Below the pieces are notes generated by a model, which saw nothing but the letters and a program-made list of their open reading frames with translations, was not told the DNA's origin and did not search any database. 64,000 bases of DNA from IMG/VR virus record IMGVR_UViG_3300035670_000025; one strand, given 5' to 3'. Each line of letters begins with the position of its first letter. Position 1 is the first letter of the stretch. The translations under genes were made by a program, and so were the position numbers. This DNA is from a virus. Below, piece after piece: positions 49,801 through 58,614 of the stretch.

Positions 49801-50209
49801 CAGCCATATTGCACTTTCACAAACTAGAGATGGTGCTAATGTTGACATTGGTGCATCAACTACATCTGAAACAGGACATAATATTACAGGAACCTTCTTC
49901 TTGGAAGACATAACAGTAGGACAATTGATTAGAATAGAAGCAGATGATTATTTTGCTATAAGAACTGTTACTTCTATTGCAAACAATACATATCTTACGG
50001 TCGATAAAGGATTAGAACAAACAAACACAGCAGCAGTGTATTATATCTATCCAGATTCTCCAGATGATGGAATTGTGGAATATACAAACTCAGAAGGGTC
50101 AAGATTTGTTGGGTTTAAAGAATTTGCAATAAAAATTGTTCTATTATCAAATAATGCAGTAAGAGTGCCAAAATTGCAAGATGTAAGAGCAATTGCATTG
50201 CAAATGTGA
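43820..50209 (+). CDS. VrlC-like / DUF4815 giant virion structural protein
   Basis: LNVPPYFDDYD, VQARELTQQQTILQ.QIERFG, APGAHRL, RYTMKDVG.LE.RI..LEYYT, DPIAQSF, VRAIAL. Confidence 0.9.
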   Translation: MALEKDLNVPPYFDDYDPEKNYYRVLYRPTVAVQARELTQQQTILQSQIERFGNHVFKDGSIVDGVGIIYYPNVHFIAVDDFFSFANGLISDIYPTTLTSNTEETYLVTNSTESNSAVRATIRIAKDGTKENANNTFRETNRFYLDYTFTGTDLDGDDVNRFAPGDTLYFYNSNQNKFGTLDANNLTYTINALSSNSVFDADGNAYLIGCTDGTIYQKGFFSLVNRQVITVRDFSTNVDSYVVGFDTTETIVDENQDESLLDNALGYPNENAPGAHRLKLTPTLVSKLNTDTSNNKNFFAIVEFDNGFPTQQKDDPFYNVLNEQLARKTYEESGDYVVNPFQVESILDENDSQQFRYRISPGIGYVRGNRIEKVGTSKVTVQKATITEVAENQIITANYGNYVICNEYLGQFDFKKLSEISLYDQPQKSISEYEGITTIPSGSVVGYANIRAVVHEDGTKGSPNARYYLYLFNIRMNSGKNFSTDVKSMYMDGTFGKAKADIILENGIAVIKESTKTQSYFDTGLSAIKRLTNNTGIGDTSFIYNQIKQATLATDGTISVTIDTAYAGASSERLNSTTGSTLTGNSLDDYNICISSSTYTANLTSTVAVTSGTKTITGSGTNFTTELEANCNIRIYANTTQTYIRRVVSIANNTSLTIDTALPFSNGTSNYQRFFVAGSPLPIQSISITSNTTFTANVNIPTASFDSATTPQTVYCSYPVNRNQAISIPKIINKSRYVKINCSNNTTTTTGPWDLGLVDVHKIKNIYVGTTYANTNAERSTWFELDTGQRDSFYDHGRLIVKPEYSSEITSSTRILVELDVFTANSSASIGFFSVESYPIDDANTANTTAIQTIEIPTYQNVSLRNVIDFRPVKYNTANVNATAIGDATENPATSNTSFNVSASGQHFIAPDSNFTADIENYLPRIDLVTLDPNGVFTVKQGQPSTLPRAPFVDGDRSIIAECYVPAYPTPTRKDFELYGPNIDYIRINLKTNKRYTMKDVGTLEDRIRRLEYYTVLNALEQQAKDLTIPDANGLDRFKNGIFADPFNSHGLGNVSDIEYKISIDKDETVARPIFDVHDVDFRYISSNSTNVQMTGPILTLPYNEVVAIGQRYATKVRNTTEALWQWNGRVKLYPSYDFYRDSKEAPNVNVNLDLSTAWEKYANMPWDKLGLQNPFSAIYGDWRNVKNLSVTSESVVDGYITTTTTTTETLQQQIVKQMKINSINEEINLGSYVKDITVQPYMRSRIVAFVATNMKPNTTLHAFFDDINVDEYCVQGNLNEDDFPIIPGVPIAVAEGQEDLVVKQQVGFNWGEGLTSDANGFVCGLFRIPEAQFRTGDRVFQLTNVDDLVIGASAQITTSKATFTADNIAVTKGSTTINIRQPEFNYTETVKERTIQSISVDVVDNTPQQTYIHDDPIAQSFYVEPPEYIPGVFMTGVGVYFKSKDQNLGCSVYLCEMENNMPDTRRILASSYLESSAISTSNNASLETKFNFDYPVYLLRNQYAFFVQPDGNSPEYLIWTAETGGYDVSSNTQIFSNPYTGLMFISANRDTWTAFQKEDLKFNIYRPNFTSNTGTAIFKNDDDEFLTVDGFTKANSSTRLEIGDTVFTVNTTSVDVANINSIIANTLVTNFVSGRIQYFDEANGTLWLDSSTANSTTYFSNTTNKTIAIYRPQDASNTSHINVSTLVAYANIVTVNNLKYHAVVPKFGILEPTRTSLSFSFKGTSNSNTFDTKYQNVINELDYQFIDNERHIVSRSNEITSLSSNKSSEFKIELSTENSLISPVINLSRKVMMFVQNIINDDNTDEHTRYGNAASKYISKKVVLADGQEAESLNIYLTAYRPVETNVEVYAKFLNNEDPQPFDDKVWTKLQYANNSNFIYSSQTNTSDFKEYLFTVPIVNSVPYAAFANSGFDIYNPFPGGISIESSNTAISAKKHNFNANTQVNNTNDTITITDANTYFRVGDQVLYSVDSGNTAITGLISGISYFISYANASHIALSQTRDGANVDIGASTTSETGHNITGTFFLEDITVGQLIRIEADDYFAIRTVTSIANNTYLTVDKGLEQTNTAAVYYIYPDSPDDGIVEYTNSEGSRFVGFKEFAIKIVLLSNNAVRVPKLQDVRAIALQM

Positions 50210-50238
50210 TATACTCAGTTTTACTAAGAGGATAAACA

Positions 50239-50442
50239 ATGAAACGGTCTGATGGTTTTATTAGAGATAAACATAATCCAGGAGCAGTCATAAATACTGA
50301 TAACGCTGCTCTAAAAGCATATAAATTACAAAAAGCAAAACAAAAAAAATTGGATAACCAATTAAATGAAATCGAAAATGTAAAAAATGAAGTGAAAGAA
50401 ATGAAACAAATGCTTAACCTAATTCTAGAAAGATTAAAGTAA
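50239..50442 (+). CDS. small conserved coiled-coil protein following VrlC
   Basis: RD...GAVINTD...EMKQML. Confidence 0.75.
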   Translation: MKRSDGFIRDKHNPGAVINTDNAALKAYKLQKAKQKKLDNQLNEIENVKNEVKEMKQMLNLILERLK

Positions 50443-51246
50443 ATGACAATTTCCGTAGCAAATACATCAAATGGATCAACATTCCAATTCTGGTTAGATA
50501 GAACCAATGATCTTGCTGATGCTATGTCAAATAAAGTCATAACAGTCAATTCTGATACAACAACAGGTAATGCAGTTGTTAATGGAATATTTACTTCTAC
50601 TACACTTACCGCAAATACTTTAAGAGGCGGTAATACATCTACTGCTACCGTTCTTACACTTTCTTCAAATCTTCTAATAACTGGAACAAGGCTTGCCGTA
50701 GGAGATTCTACTGATAATCTCTATATAACTTCTTCTACAATTACTATAGGCAATTCTTCATCAAATACTGTTGCAAACAGTACTATAATTTCAATCGGAA
50801 ACTCAACTGTAAATACTATTGCAAATTCAATACAAGTATCTACTACAAATATATCTGTTGGAAATTCTACTCAAAATACTACAGTAAATTCAACAGGATT
50901 ATCTATCAATAATATTCCAATAGTATTATCATTAACTCTCAATGTCCAAACAACAAGTACTGCAACACAATTGGTTGATAGTTTTACTATTAGCACACAT
51001 AGAGCAGCAGAATACTTTGTAACAATAAAAGACAATAATGCTAATGCACATCAAGCAAATAAGTTAATGGTATTACATGAAGGAGCAGATGGTAATAGTT
51101 TAATCAATGATTTTGGTGTATTGATTACTAATACACAATTAGGAACATTTAGTTCTAATTCAAATACTACACATTGTAGAGTTTATGTAACACCTACAGT
51201 AAGCAATACCCAAATCAAAGGTATAAGAAATCTAATCGTTATTTAA
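50443..51246 (+). CDS. virion structural / fibre protein
   Basis: TFQFWLDRTN N-terminus; (A/G)NST repeats. Confidence 0.7.
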   Translation: MTISVANTSNGSTFQFWLDRTNDLADAMSNKVITVNSDTTTGNAVVNGIFTSTTLTANTLRGGNTSTATVLTLSSNLLITGTRLAVGDSTDNLYITSSTITIGNSSSNTVANSTIISIGNSTVNTIANSIQVSTTNISVGNSTQNTTVNSTGLSINNIPIVLSLTLNVQTTSTATQLVDSFTISTHRAAEYFVTIKDNNANAHQANKLMVLHEGADGNSLINDFGVLITNTQLGTFSSNSNTTHCRVYVTPTVSNTQIKGIRNLIVI

Positions 51247-51270
51247 TATTATGTTTTCACTGACACAGTG

Positions 51271-51298
51271 ATTATACAGGTACAAAAAACATTGTCAA
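51271..51298 (-). promoter_or_regulatory. antisense consensus sigma70 promoter
   Basis: Minus strand reads TTGACA-N16-TATAAT in the intergenic gap. Confidence 0.55.
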
Positions 51299-51313
51299 GG
51301 AAAAAATGCATCA

Positions 51314-51634
51314 ATGGCAAAAATTAATTTAGTCATAGATCAAGGAACAACTTTTACTCAAGTTATTTCATTAACAACAGCAGCAGATGTTTCTGTTAAT
51401 ACTGATGTATACACTGCCCGTGGTCAAATTAGAAAACATTACTTATCAAACTCCTCTGTATCTTTTACAACCGCATTAGCAAATGGTGATTTGACTCTTT
51501 CTTTAACATCTGCACAAACAGCAAACATTGTTGCTGGAAGATATGTGTATGATGTAGAGTTGGTTGATACTTCAAATAATGTTACCAGATTACTAGAAGG
51601 AATTGTTACTATAACTCCGGAAGTTACTAAATGA
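51314..51634 (+). CDS. small Ig-like virion protein
   Basis: NLVIDQGTTF...QIRK...LSLT..QT....GRYVYDVE...RLLEG...TPEVT. Confidence 0.8.
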   Translation: MAKINLVIDQGTTFTQVISLTTAADVSVNTDVYTARGQIRKHYLSNSSVSFTTALANGDLTLSLTSAQTANIVAGRYVYDVELVDTSNNVTRLLEGIVTITPEVTK

Positions 51635-51879
51635 CCATTAAAGTAAAATTAAAAACACAACCAAAAATTATCACAAAGGTTGATATTGGAGAACCAACAG
51701 TTCCTGCTCGCATAACAGCAGGTGTTATTTCAACGAGATTAGATCAACTTACAGATGTAAATGCTGCTTCAGAGGTAGATGGGGGAACCCTTGTTTATAA
51801 TGCTAATACTGACACATACAATGTTGAAAAATTGGATTTTGATGATATTGACGGTCCTATTGATGCGGGAACATTTTAA
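51631..51879 (+). CDS. small fibre-associated protein
   Basis: LDQLTDV...G.TLVYN; ends IDAGTF. Confidence 0.7.
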   Translation: MTIKVKLKTQPKIITKVDIGEPTVPARITAGVISTRLDQLTDVNAASEVDGGTLVYNANTDTYNVEKLDFDDIDGPIDAGTF

Positions 51880-51912
51880 AAATATAAATAAGAAATAAAA
51901 AAAGGATTTCCT

Positions 51913-53439
51913 ATGCCCAATTTAATACAGATTAAAAGGTCGTTAAATACCGCAATTCCTGCATCATTAGCAAACGGTGAACTTGCTTTCACTGCAAATG
52001 GTGATGTGCTCTATATTGGTTCTAATGGTTCAATTGTTGCTATTGGTGGCAAAAGAAATCCAGGAGTATTAACTGCCAATCAAGCACTGATTGCTAATGC
52101 AAATTCTGAAATAGATAAAATCATTGTTGCAAATGCTGCGATAACATCTATTTGGGCAAATGGTTCTTCCGGTTCAAATGGGCAAGTTTTAGTATCAAAT
52201 GGAACATCAATTTATTGGGGAACCGGAACATCTGGTTCAGATACATTTGTTCAATTTAATGATGGTGGTGTGGCAAATGGTGTTGCTGGATTCACCTTTA
52301 CTAAATCAACAAATACTCTTTTTGTCTCTAATACAATAACCATTGGTTCTGGTTCTATTACTGCAACCAATTATTCTGGTACTGCAAATAATGCAAATAA
52401 TCTTGGTGGAACTGCTGCATCCGATTATGCATTAAAAACTTATGCAGATGATAAAGCAGCAAATGCATATTCAAATGCTGTTTCATATGCTGCTACTGTT
52501 TCTGGTTCTGCATATTCAAATGCTATGTCAGATACTCTTTCTAGAAATGGTTCTTATACTGGAAATAATACCCTTGGTGGAACTAATACTGTAATTTCTT
52601 CTAATTTAACAGTCACTTCTGCAAAAATTGATGCTGCTGCTGCCAACTTATCTGTTAATAATGTGACAATTACAACAGATTTAACAGTTATTGGTAATAC
52701 CAGTTTAGGAAACAATGTCGCAGATACAATCTCTGTACTAGGTGTTATTACAGGCAATCTAAATCCTTCTGCTAATGTTACTTACCATCTTGGTAATAAT
52801 ACCATGAGATGGACTCAAGTCCATACACAAAATGTCCATTCTACAACAGGTTACTTTGATGGAAATGTTGAAATTGGTGGAGATCTTATTGTTTCTGGTA
52901 ATGTCACTACTACAAATGTTGGTTCGTTAATTGTAGGTGATGCCCAGATTCTTCTTGCTGCAAATAATCCAGGCGATTTATTAGATATTGGTTTCTCTGG
53001 TACTTATACTGATGGAGGTGCTACTGTCAGACATGCTGGATTTTTTAGAGATGCTACCGATCAATTATTTAAATTATTTGACAATCTTACACAAGATTTA
53101 ACTGGTAATAATACTATTGATACTGCTAATGCTTCTTATAGAATTGCTACTCTGAATACATATCTTTCATCAGGTGGTTTGTTTACAAATTCATCAGTGG
53201 TTTCTATTACTGCAAATTCAACTCTTAATGTTGATATTACTGCTAATACTATATCACTGTCTTCTCCATTATCAGGAAATTCAGGTGGTACTGGTTATAA
53301 TTCATATACTGCTGAAGAAATTCTTGTGGCAAATACTTCTAATGGATTTAGAAAACTTTCATTAGGAACAGATGGACAGGTTCTACAATCTAATGGTTCT
53401 GCATTGATTTATGAAGCGCTTGATGGCGGAAGTTTTTGA
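51913..53439 (+). CDS. tail fibre protein
   Basis: IQIKRS...P.SLANGELA N-terminus; ends LDGGSF; TATAAATA at 51883-51890. Confidence 0.8.
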   Translation: MPNLIQIKRSLNTAIPASLANGELAFTANGDVLYIGSNGSIVAIGGKRNPGVLTANQALIANANSEIDKIIVANAAITSIWANGSSGSNGQVLVSNGTSIYWGTGTSGSDTFVQFNDGGVANGVAGFTFTKSTNTLFVSNTITIGSGSITATNYSGTANNANNLGGTAASDYALKTYADDKAANAYSNAVSYAATVSGSAYSNAMSDTLSRNGSYTGNNTLGGTNTVISSNLTVTSAKIDAAAANLSVNNVTITTDLTVIGNTSLGNNVADTISVLGVITGNLNPSANVTYHLGNNTMRWTQVHTQNVHSTTGYFDGNVEIGGDLIVSGNVTTTNVGSLIVGDAQILLAANNPGDLLDIGFSGTYTDGGATVRHAGFFRDATDQLFKLFDNLTQDLTGNNTIDTANASYRIATLNTYLSSGGLFTNSSVVSITANSTLNVDITANTISLSSPLSGNSGGTGYNSYTAEEILVANTSNGFRKLSLGTDGQVLQSNGSALIYEALDGGSF

Positions 53440-53499
53440 AATAGACACTATTATAATATAACGGATAATTTTTATACTGACTAATTTATGGAGTGAGAC

Positions 53500-54018
53500 A
53501 TGGACGAAAATTCTGATAATATGCATTTGCTTTACATACAAAAACAAGAACAGTTGTTGGTTGAAAACATGAGGAGTAAAGTTGATTATGAGATTAAATT
53601 ACATATTCTCAGTGAAAAGAATAATAATTTAATTGAGCAAATAAAACAAATGCAACATGCTTTTCAGAATCAACAAGATATTGGAAAACAAGCAATAGAC
53701 TCTTTTGAAAGGGTAACAAATGAGAACAACATGTTAAAATCTAGGTTGGAAGAAGAACAAACCAAGTTTAAAGAAGTTTCAAGCAGATTAGAGCAGAAAA
53801 TCCAAGAACTTGAGACTGGAGCACACGAACTAACAACCAAGGTTATACAGTTCTCTAATGAGAGATCTAATTATGAAAAACAAATTAAAGATTTACAAAT
53901 AGAAATAAATAGACAGACAGAAGAATTAGAACGGTTACATAACAATACTAATTCTAAACAAAAGAAAAAGAAATCAGAATTATTGGTAGAACAATCAACT
54001 GATTCTGGTACTTTTTAA
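53500..54018 (+). CDS. coiled-coil protein
   Basis: E/Q/K-rich heptads; ends TDSGTF. Confidence 0.7.
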   Translation: MDENSDNMHLLYIQKQEQLLVENMRSKVDYEIKLHILSEKNNNLIEQIKQMQHAFQNQQDIGKQAIDSFERVTNENNMLKSRLEEEQTKFKEVSSRLEQKIQELETGAHELTTKVIQFSNERSNYEKQIKDLQIEINRQTEELERLHNNTNSKQKKKKSELLVEQSTDSGTF

Positions 54019-54064
54019 GTAGGCATATTTGCCAATCAGTATATACTGATTTAGGAGACCAAAA

Positions 54065-54763
54065 TTGGCCAATACAATATTCAAATTACGAAGATCTTCT
54101 GTTGCTGGTAAAGCACCAAACACATCTACATTAAGCATTGGTGAACTAGCAATCAATCTCACAGATAGAAAACTATATTCATCTGACGGAACAAATATAT
54201 TTGAAACAGGTAGTAATTTAACATCATTATCTGTATTTTCTGATATAAAAATAGGAAATAGTTCTGTTAATTCTAGTATCAATTCTACTTCTTTTTCTGG
54301 TGCTTCTAATTCTGCCACATATGCCAATGCATCTATATCAAATACCTTTACTGTAGGAAATTCTGTTTATTTTGTTGCTAATGGTAATGTTGGTATTGGC
54401 ACAAGCAGTCCTTCATATCCATTAGATGTCGCAGGGAATATAAATTCCTCAAATACAGTCTTTGCTGTCCATTTTGATAATGTGTCTGATATTTCTCTCA
54501 AAGAAAATATTCAACAAATCAATAATTCAATTGATATAATCAATCAATTCAATCCTGTGTCTTTTCAATGGAAAAACAATAAAAACATTTCATATGGTTT
54601 AATTGCTCAGGAAATTGAGAAAATTCTACCTTCAATTGTACACGAAAAAGCAGATGGTACAAAAACAATTAACTATATTGAAATAATTGCTTTTCTAATT
54701 GCAGCAATTAAAGAACAACAAAAGCAAATAGATAATATAAATAGTAATATCAACAATGCCTAG
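54065..54763 (+). CDS. short fibre with C-terminal S74 intramolecular chaperone
   Basis: KLRRSSVAGKAP...GELAIN; SDISLKENI...GLIAQE; TTG start. Confidence 0.85.
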   Translation: MANTIFKLRRSSVAGKAPNTSTLSIGELAINLTDRKLYSSDGTNIFETGSNLTSLSVFSDIKIGNSSVNSSINSTSFSGASNSATYANASISNTFTVGNSVYFVANGNVGIGTSSPSYPLDVAGNINSSNTVFAVHFDNVSDISLKENIQQINNSIDIINQFNPVSFQWKNNKNISYGLIAQEIEKILPSIVHEKADGTKTINYIEIIAFLIAAIKEQQKQIDNINSNINNA

Positions 54764-54783
54764 TAATCCAACGGAGGTCGAAA

Positions 54784-55101
54784 ATGGCAAAGTACTCAAC
54801 AACTAAAACACTTAAAAAAGCACAACCCACAGTTAATATTGCTGACAATATTGTCAAAAAGTGGGATATTGAAGTAATATACAAACACACAAGAAATGAT
54901 GGAACAACATGGTCTCGTGCATATCCACATACAGAAGATGTGGAATATCTTAACAAAACAACATCACAATTCACAAAAGCAGAATTGATTGGTTTTATGC
55001 CACCAAATATGGATGTAATTTTTGATGCTCACTATGAAGCACATAATACACCAGCAACCGAAGAAAAAGTATCTGATTTTAATATTAACGATTTGAACTA
55101 A
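54784..55101 (+). CDS. hypothetical fibre-associated protein
   Basis: GGAGG RBS; TATAAATA at 54736-54743. Confidence 0.7.
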   Translation: MAKYSTTKTLKKAQPTVNIADNIVKKWDIEVIYKHTRNDGTTWSRAYPHTEDVEYLNKTTSQFTKAELIGFMPPNMDVIFDAHYEAHNTPATEEKVSDFNINDLN

Positions 55102-55109
55102 AAGGATGA

Positions 55110-55829
55110 ATGATTATGAAAAAAATGAAAAATGTAAAGACAGAAACTCCAGAAGTTTCTGAACAACCTAAAATGCGAACTGTTATGCTTGCAGCACCCT
55201 CTTATGATGGAAAAGTGAATGTATGGCATGCATCTGCATTATCGGAAACCTGTAAAATTGGTTTAACAAGAAATATCAATGTTATTGCTGTTTATATGAG
55301 TTTTGATGCTTTAGTTCAAAGAGCAAGGAATGATATTGTTAAGATGGCAATAGATTCTAATGTTGATGATTTATTCTTCATTGATTGTGATATGGATTGG
55401 AATCCAAATGATTTCTTTCGGATGTTAGAATATGATGTTGGTATTGTTGGTGCACCTGTTGTTAAGAAAAGTGATTTTGAACAATACAATGTTAAATTAA
55501 CATCACAACTAAAGATTGAAGATAATGGTTTATCAATTGTAGATGCAGTTGGTACAGGAATGATGCGTATTAGGAGAGATGCTTTATTGAAACTATGGGA
55601 AGCAAGTCCTGAATACAAAGAACCACATAAACCTGAACCAACAAGAATGGTATTTGACATTCAAGTTATTGATGGACAATTAGTTAGTGAAGATATTGTA
55701 ATGTGTAGAAAATGGGTTGATATGGGTGAAAAGATTTATATTGATCCAGTTGTAAGTTGTGGACATTCTGGTGAAAAGAGATGGATTGGCAATTTTTACG
55801 AATGGTATAAAGTAAATATTAGAAGGTAA
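55110..55829 (+). CDS. GT-A fold glycosyltransferase within the tail fibre cluster
   Basis: LVQRARN, FFIDCD (DxD), VGTGMM, SEDI..C, CGHSG. Confidence 0.8.
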   Translation: MIMKKMKNVKTETPEVSEQPKMRTVMLAAPSYDGKVNVWHASALSETCKIGLTRNINVIAVYMSFDALVQRARNDIVKMAIDSNVDDLFFIDCDMDWNPNDFFRMLEYDVGIVGAPVVKKSDFEQYNVKLTSQLKIEDNGLSIVDAVGTGMMRIRRDALLKLWEASPEYKEPHKPEPTRMVFDIQVIDGQLVSEDIVMCRKWVDMGEKIYIDPVVSCGHSGEKRWIGNFYEWYKVNIRR

Positions 55830-55832
55830 AAA

Positions 55833-58571
55833 ATGGCAATAAAAATCCAAGGTTCGGTTGTTTTGGATTATGATGGTGCTAGTTATTCTAGCACCAACAT
55901 TGCTGTTGGTATTGATGCGTTGAAGAATAATACAACAGGCATTAGTAATGTAGCAGTTGGTTATCAAGCATTATTTGATAATACAACAGGTGTTAATAAT
56001 ACAGCAGTTGGTTTTCAAGCATTATATACAAATACAATAGGCGGTGATAATACAGCAGTTGGTCGTCAAGCATTATTTTCAAATACAACAGGTGTTAATA
56101 ATACAGCAGTTGGTTTTCAAGCATTATATACAAATACAATAGGCGGTGATAATACAGCAGTTGGTTATCTAGCATTATTTTCAAATACAACAGGTGTTAA
56201 TAATACAGCAGTTGGCAGATCAGCATTATATACAAATACAACAGGCGGTGATAATACAGCAGTTGGTCGTCAAGCACTTGGTGCAAATACAACAGGGGTT
56301 GATAATACAGCAGTTGGTTTTCAAGCATTATTTGATAATACAATAGGTGTTAGAAATACAGCAGTTGGTGATAGCACACTAGCAAACAATACAACAGGCA
56401 ATGATAATACAGCAGTTGGCAGATCAGCACTAAATGCAAATACAACAGGCATTAATAATACAGCAGTTGGTGTAGAAGTACTAAATTCAAATACGATTGG
56501 TATTGAAAATACAGCAGTTGGTCGTGGTGCTTTATTTGCAAATACAACAGGCAGTAATAACACATCGGTTGGAAGATTATCATTAAGATTTAATACAATA
56601 GGCAATGATAACACAGCAGTTGGATTTGCAGCACTATATTCAAACACAACAGGAGTTGATAATACAGCACTTGGACAATCAGCACTATATTCAAACACAA
56701 CAGGCAATGATAATACAGCAGTTGGTAGATCAGCACTATCATCAAACACAACAGGTGTTAGAAATACAGCAGTAGGTTTAAATTCACTTTATGCAAATAC
56801 AACAGGCAATGATAATACCGCAGTTGGCAGAGATTCGCTGGAAAATAACACAACAGGTGTTAGTAACACAGCAGTTGGTTCTCCTGCATTAGAAAGTAAT
56901 ACAACAGGTGTTAGAAATACAGCAGTTGGTGGTTCAGCACTACTTTCAAATACAGTTGGTATTGATAATACAGCAATTGGTGCGCAAGCATTACAAAATA
57001 ACACAACAGGCAACAATAATACAGCAGTTGGTAGAGGATCATTACTAGCAAATACAACAGGTATTGAAAACACAGCAGTTGGTTATCTAGCATTATTTGA
57101 TAATACAATAGGTGTTAGAAATACAGCAATCGGTGAAAACACACTAGCAAACAATACAACAGGCACTGATAATACAGCAGTTGGCCGACGAGCATTATTT
57201 ACAAATACAACAGGTGCTCATAACACCGCAGTTGGAATGACTGCACTATTAAGTAATACAATAGGTATTAATAATATAGCAGTTGGTTCTGCAAGTTTAT
57301 ATAATAATACAACAGGTGTTAGTAATGTAGCAGTTGGTAGATCAGCATTATTAAGTAATACAATAGGTGTTGAAAATACAGCAGTTGGTTTGCAGGCACT
57401 ATATTCAAATATAACAGGTGTTAGTAATGTAGCAGTCGGAATGAATGCATTATATTACAATACAACAGGCAATTATAATACAGCAGTTGGTAGATCAGCA
57501 CTATTTAATAATACAACAGGTTACTACAATACAGCAGTTGGTCAGGGAGCACTATTTAATAGTACAACTGGTGTTAATAATACAGCAGTTGGTTTAAACG
57601 CACTATATTCAAATACAATAGGTGTTAATAATACAGCAGTTGGATTGAATGCATTATATTACAATACAACAGGCACTAATAATACAGCAGTTGGTGTTAA
57701 TGCATTATATTACAATACAACAGGTTACTACAATACAGCAGTTGGATTGAATGCATTATTATCAAATACAACAGGTATTCAAAATACAGCAGTTGGTTAT
57801 CAAGCATTAATTCTTAATACAACAGGTTACTACAATACAGCATTTGGTGTTAATGCATTATATTCAAATACAACAGGTGTTCAAAATACAGCAGTTGGTC
57901 AAAATGCGTTATACTCCAACACAATTGGTTATGATAATGTAGCAGTTGGATTGAATGCATTATATTACAATACAACAGGTTACTACAATACAGCAGTTGG
58001 TCAGGGAGCACTATTTAATAGTACAACTGGTGTTAATAATACAGCAGTTGGTCGGCATGCTCTAATTTCAAATACAACAGGTGTTAATAATACAGCAGTT
58101 GGTCTAACAGCAGGAAGCAACATAACAACAGGAACCAACAATACATTACTTGGATATAATGCACAACCATCATCAGCAACAGTATCAAACGAATTTACTT
58201 TAGGTGATGCTAATATAAGTAATCTTCGTTGTGCTGATACCTCCATTTCATCTCTATCAGATATCCGTGATAAAACAAATATCCAAAATATACCAGTTGG
58301 TCTCAATTATATCAAAGCAGTTAGACCAGTTATGTTTGATTGGAATACCAGAGATAGAACCAGAAAAGGTAAAAAAGATTTTGGTTTCATAGCACAAGAA
58401 TTGGATCAAGTAGAACAACAATTTGGTTATGCTGAATATACCAGATTAGTTCATAAAGAAAATCCCGATAAATGGGAAGCAGATCCAATGAAAATGTTTC
58501 CTATTCTAATTAAAGCAATACAAGAATTATCAGAAGAAGTAGAACAACTTAAAGCAAAATTAGCAGCATAA
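55833..58571 (+). CDS. long beta-roll tail fibre with S74 chaperone
   Basis: About 44 repeats of 17 aa; SDIRDKTNI...GFIAQE...LIKAIQEL. Confidence 0.9.
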   Translation: MAIKIQGSVVLDYDGASYSSTNIAVGIDALKNNTTGISNVAVGYQALFDNTTGVNNTAVGFQALYTNTIGGDNTAVGRQALFSNTTGVNNTAVGFQALYTNTIGGDNTAVGYLALFSNTTGVNNTAVGRSALYTNTTGGDNTAVGRQALGANTTGVDNTAVGFQALFDNTIGVRNTAVGDSTLANNTTGNDNTAVGRSALNANTTGINNTAVGVEVLNSNTIGIENTAVGRGALFANTTGSNNTSVGRLSLRFNTIGNDNTAVGFAALYSNTTGVDNTALGQSALYSNTTGNDNTAVGRSALSSNTTGVRNTAVGLNSLYANTTGNDNTAVGRDSLENNTTGVSNTAVGSPALESNTTGVRNTAVGGSALLSNTVGIDNTAIGAQALQNNTTGNNNTAVGRGSLLANTTGIENTAVGYLALFDNTIGVRNTAIGENTLANNTTGTDNTAVGRRALFTNTTGAHNTAVGMTALLSNTIGINNIAVGSASLYNNTTGVSNVAVGRSALLSNTIGVENTAVGLQALYSNITGVSNVAVGMNALYYNTTGNYNTAVGRSALFNNTTGYYNTAVGQGALFNSTTGVNNTAVGLNALYSNTIGVNNTAVGLNALYYNTTGTNNTAVGVNALYYNTTGYYNTAVGLNALLSNTTGIQNTAVGYQALILNTTGYYNTAFGVNALYSNTTGVQNTAVGQNALYSNTIGYDNVAVGLNALYYNTTGYYNTAVGQGALFNSTTGVNNTAVGRHALISNTTGVNNTAVGLTAGSNITTGTNNTLLGYNAQPSSATVSNEFTLGDANISNLRCADTSISSLSDIRDKTNIQNIPVGLNYIKAVRPVMFDWNTRDRTRKGKKDFGFIAQELDQVEQQFGYAEYTRLVHKENPDKWEADPMKMFPILIKAIQELSEEVEQLKAKLAA
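55929..58172 (+). repeat. about 44 tandem 51-bp coding repeats
   Basis: NTTGxxNTAVGxxALxx; nucleotide core AATACAGCAGTTGG. Confidence 0.95.
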
Positions 58572-58614
58572 ATATAAATAATAATAAAAACACTAACCAA
58601 GGGAGAATAGGAAC

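Noticed and set aside
55929-58172. NTT/NNT sequons in the 17-aa repeats as evidence for glycosylation
   Set aside because: This repeat type is a widespread beta-roll motif with structural Asn ladders, so it was excluded from the sequon argument
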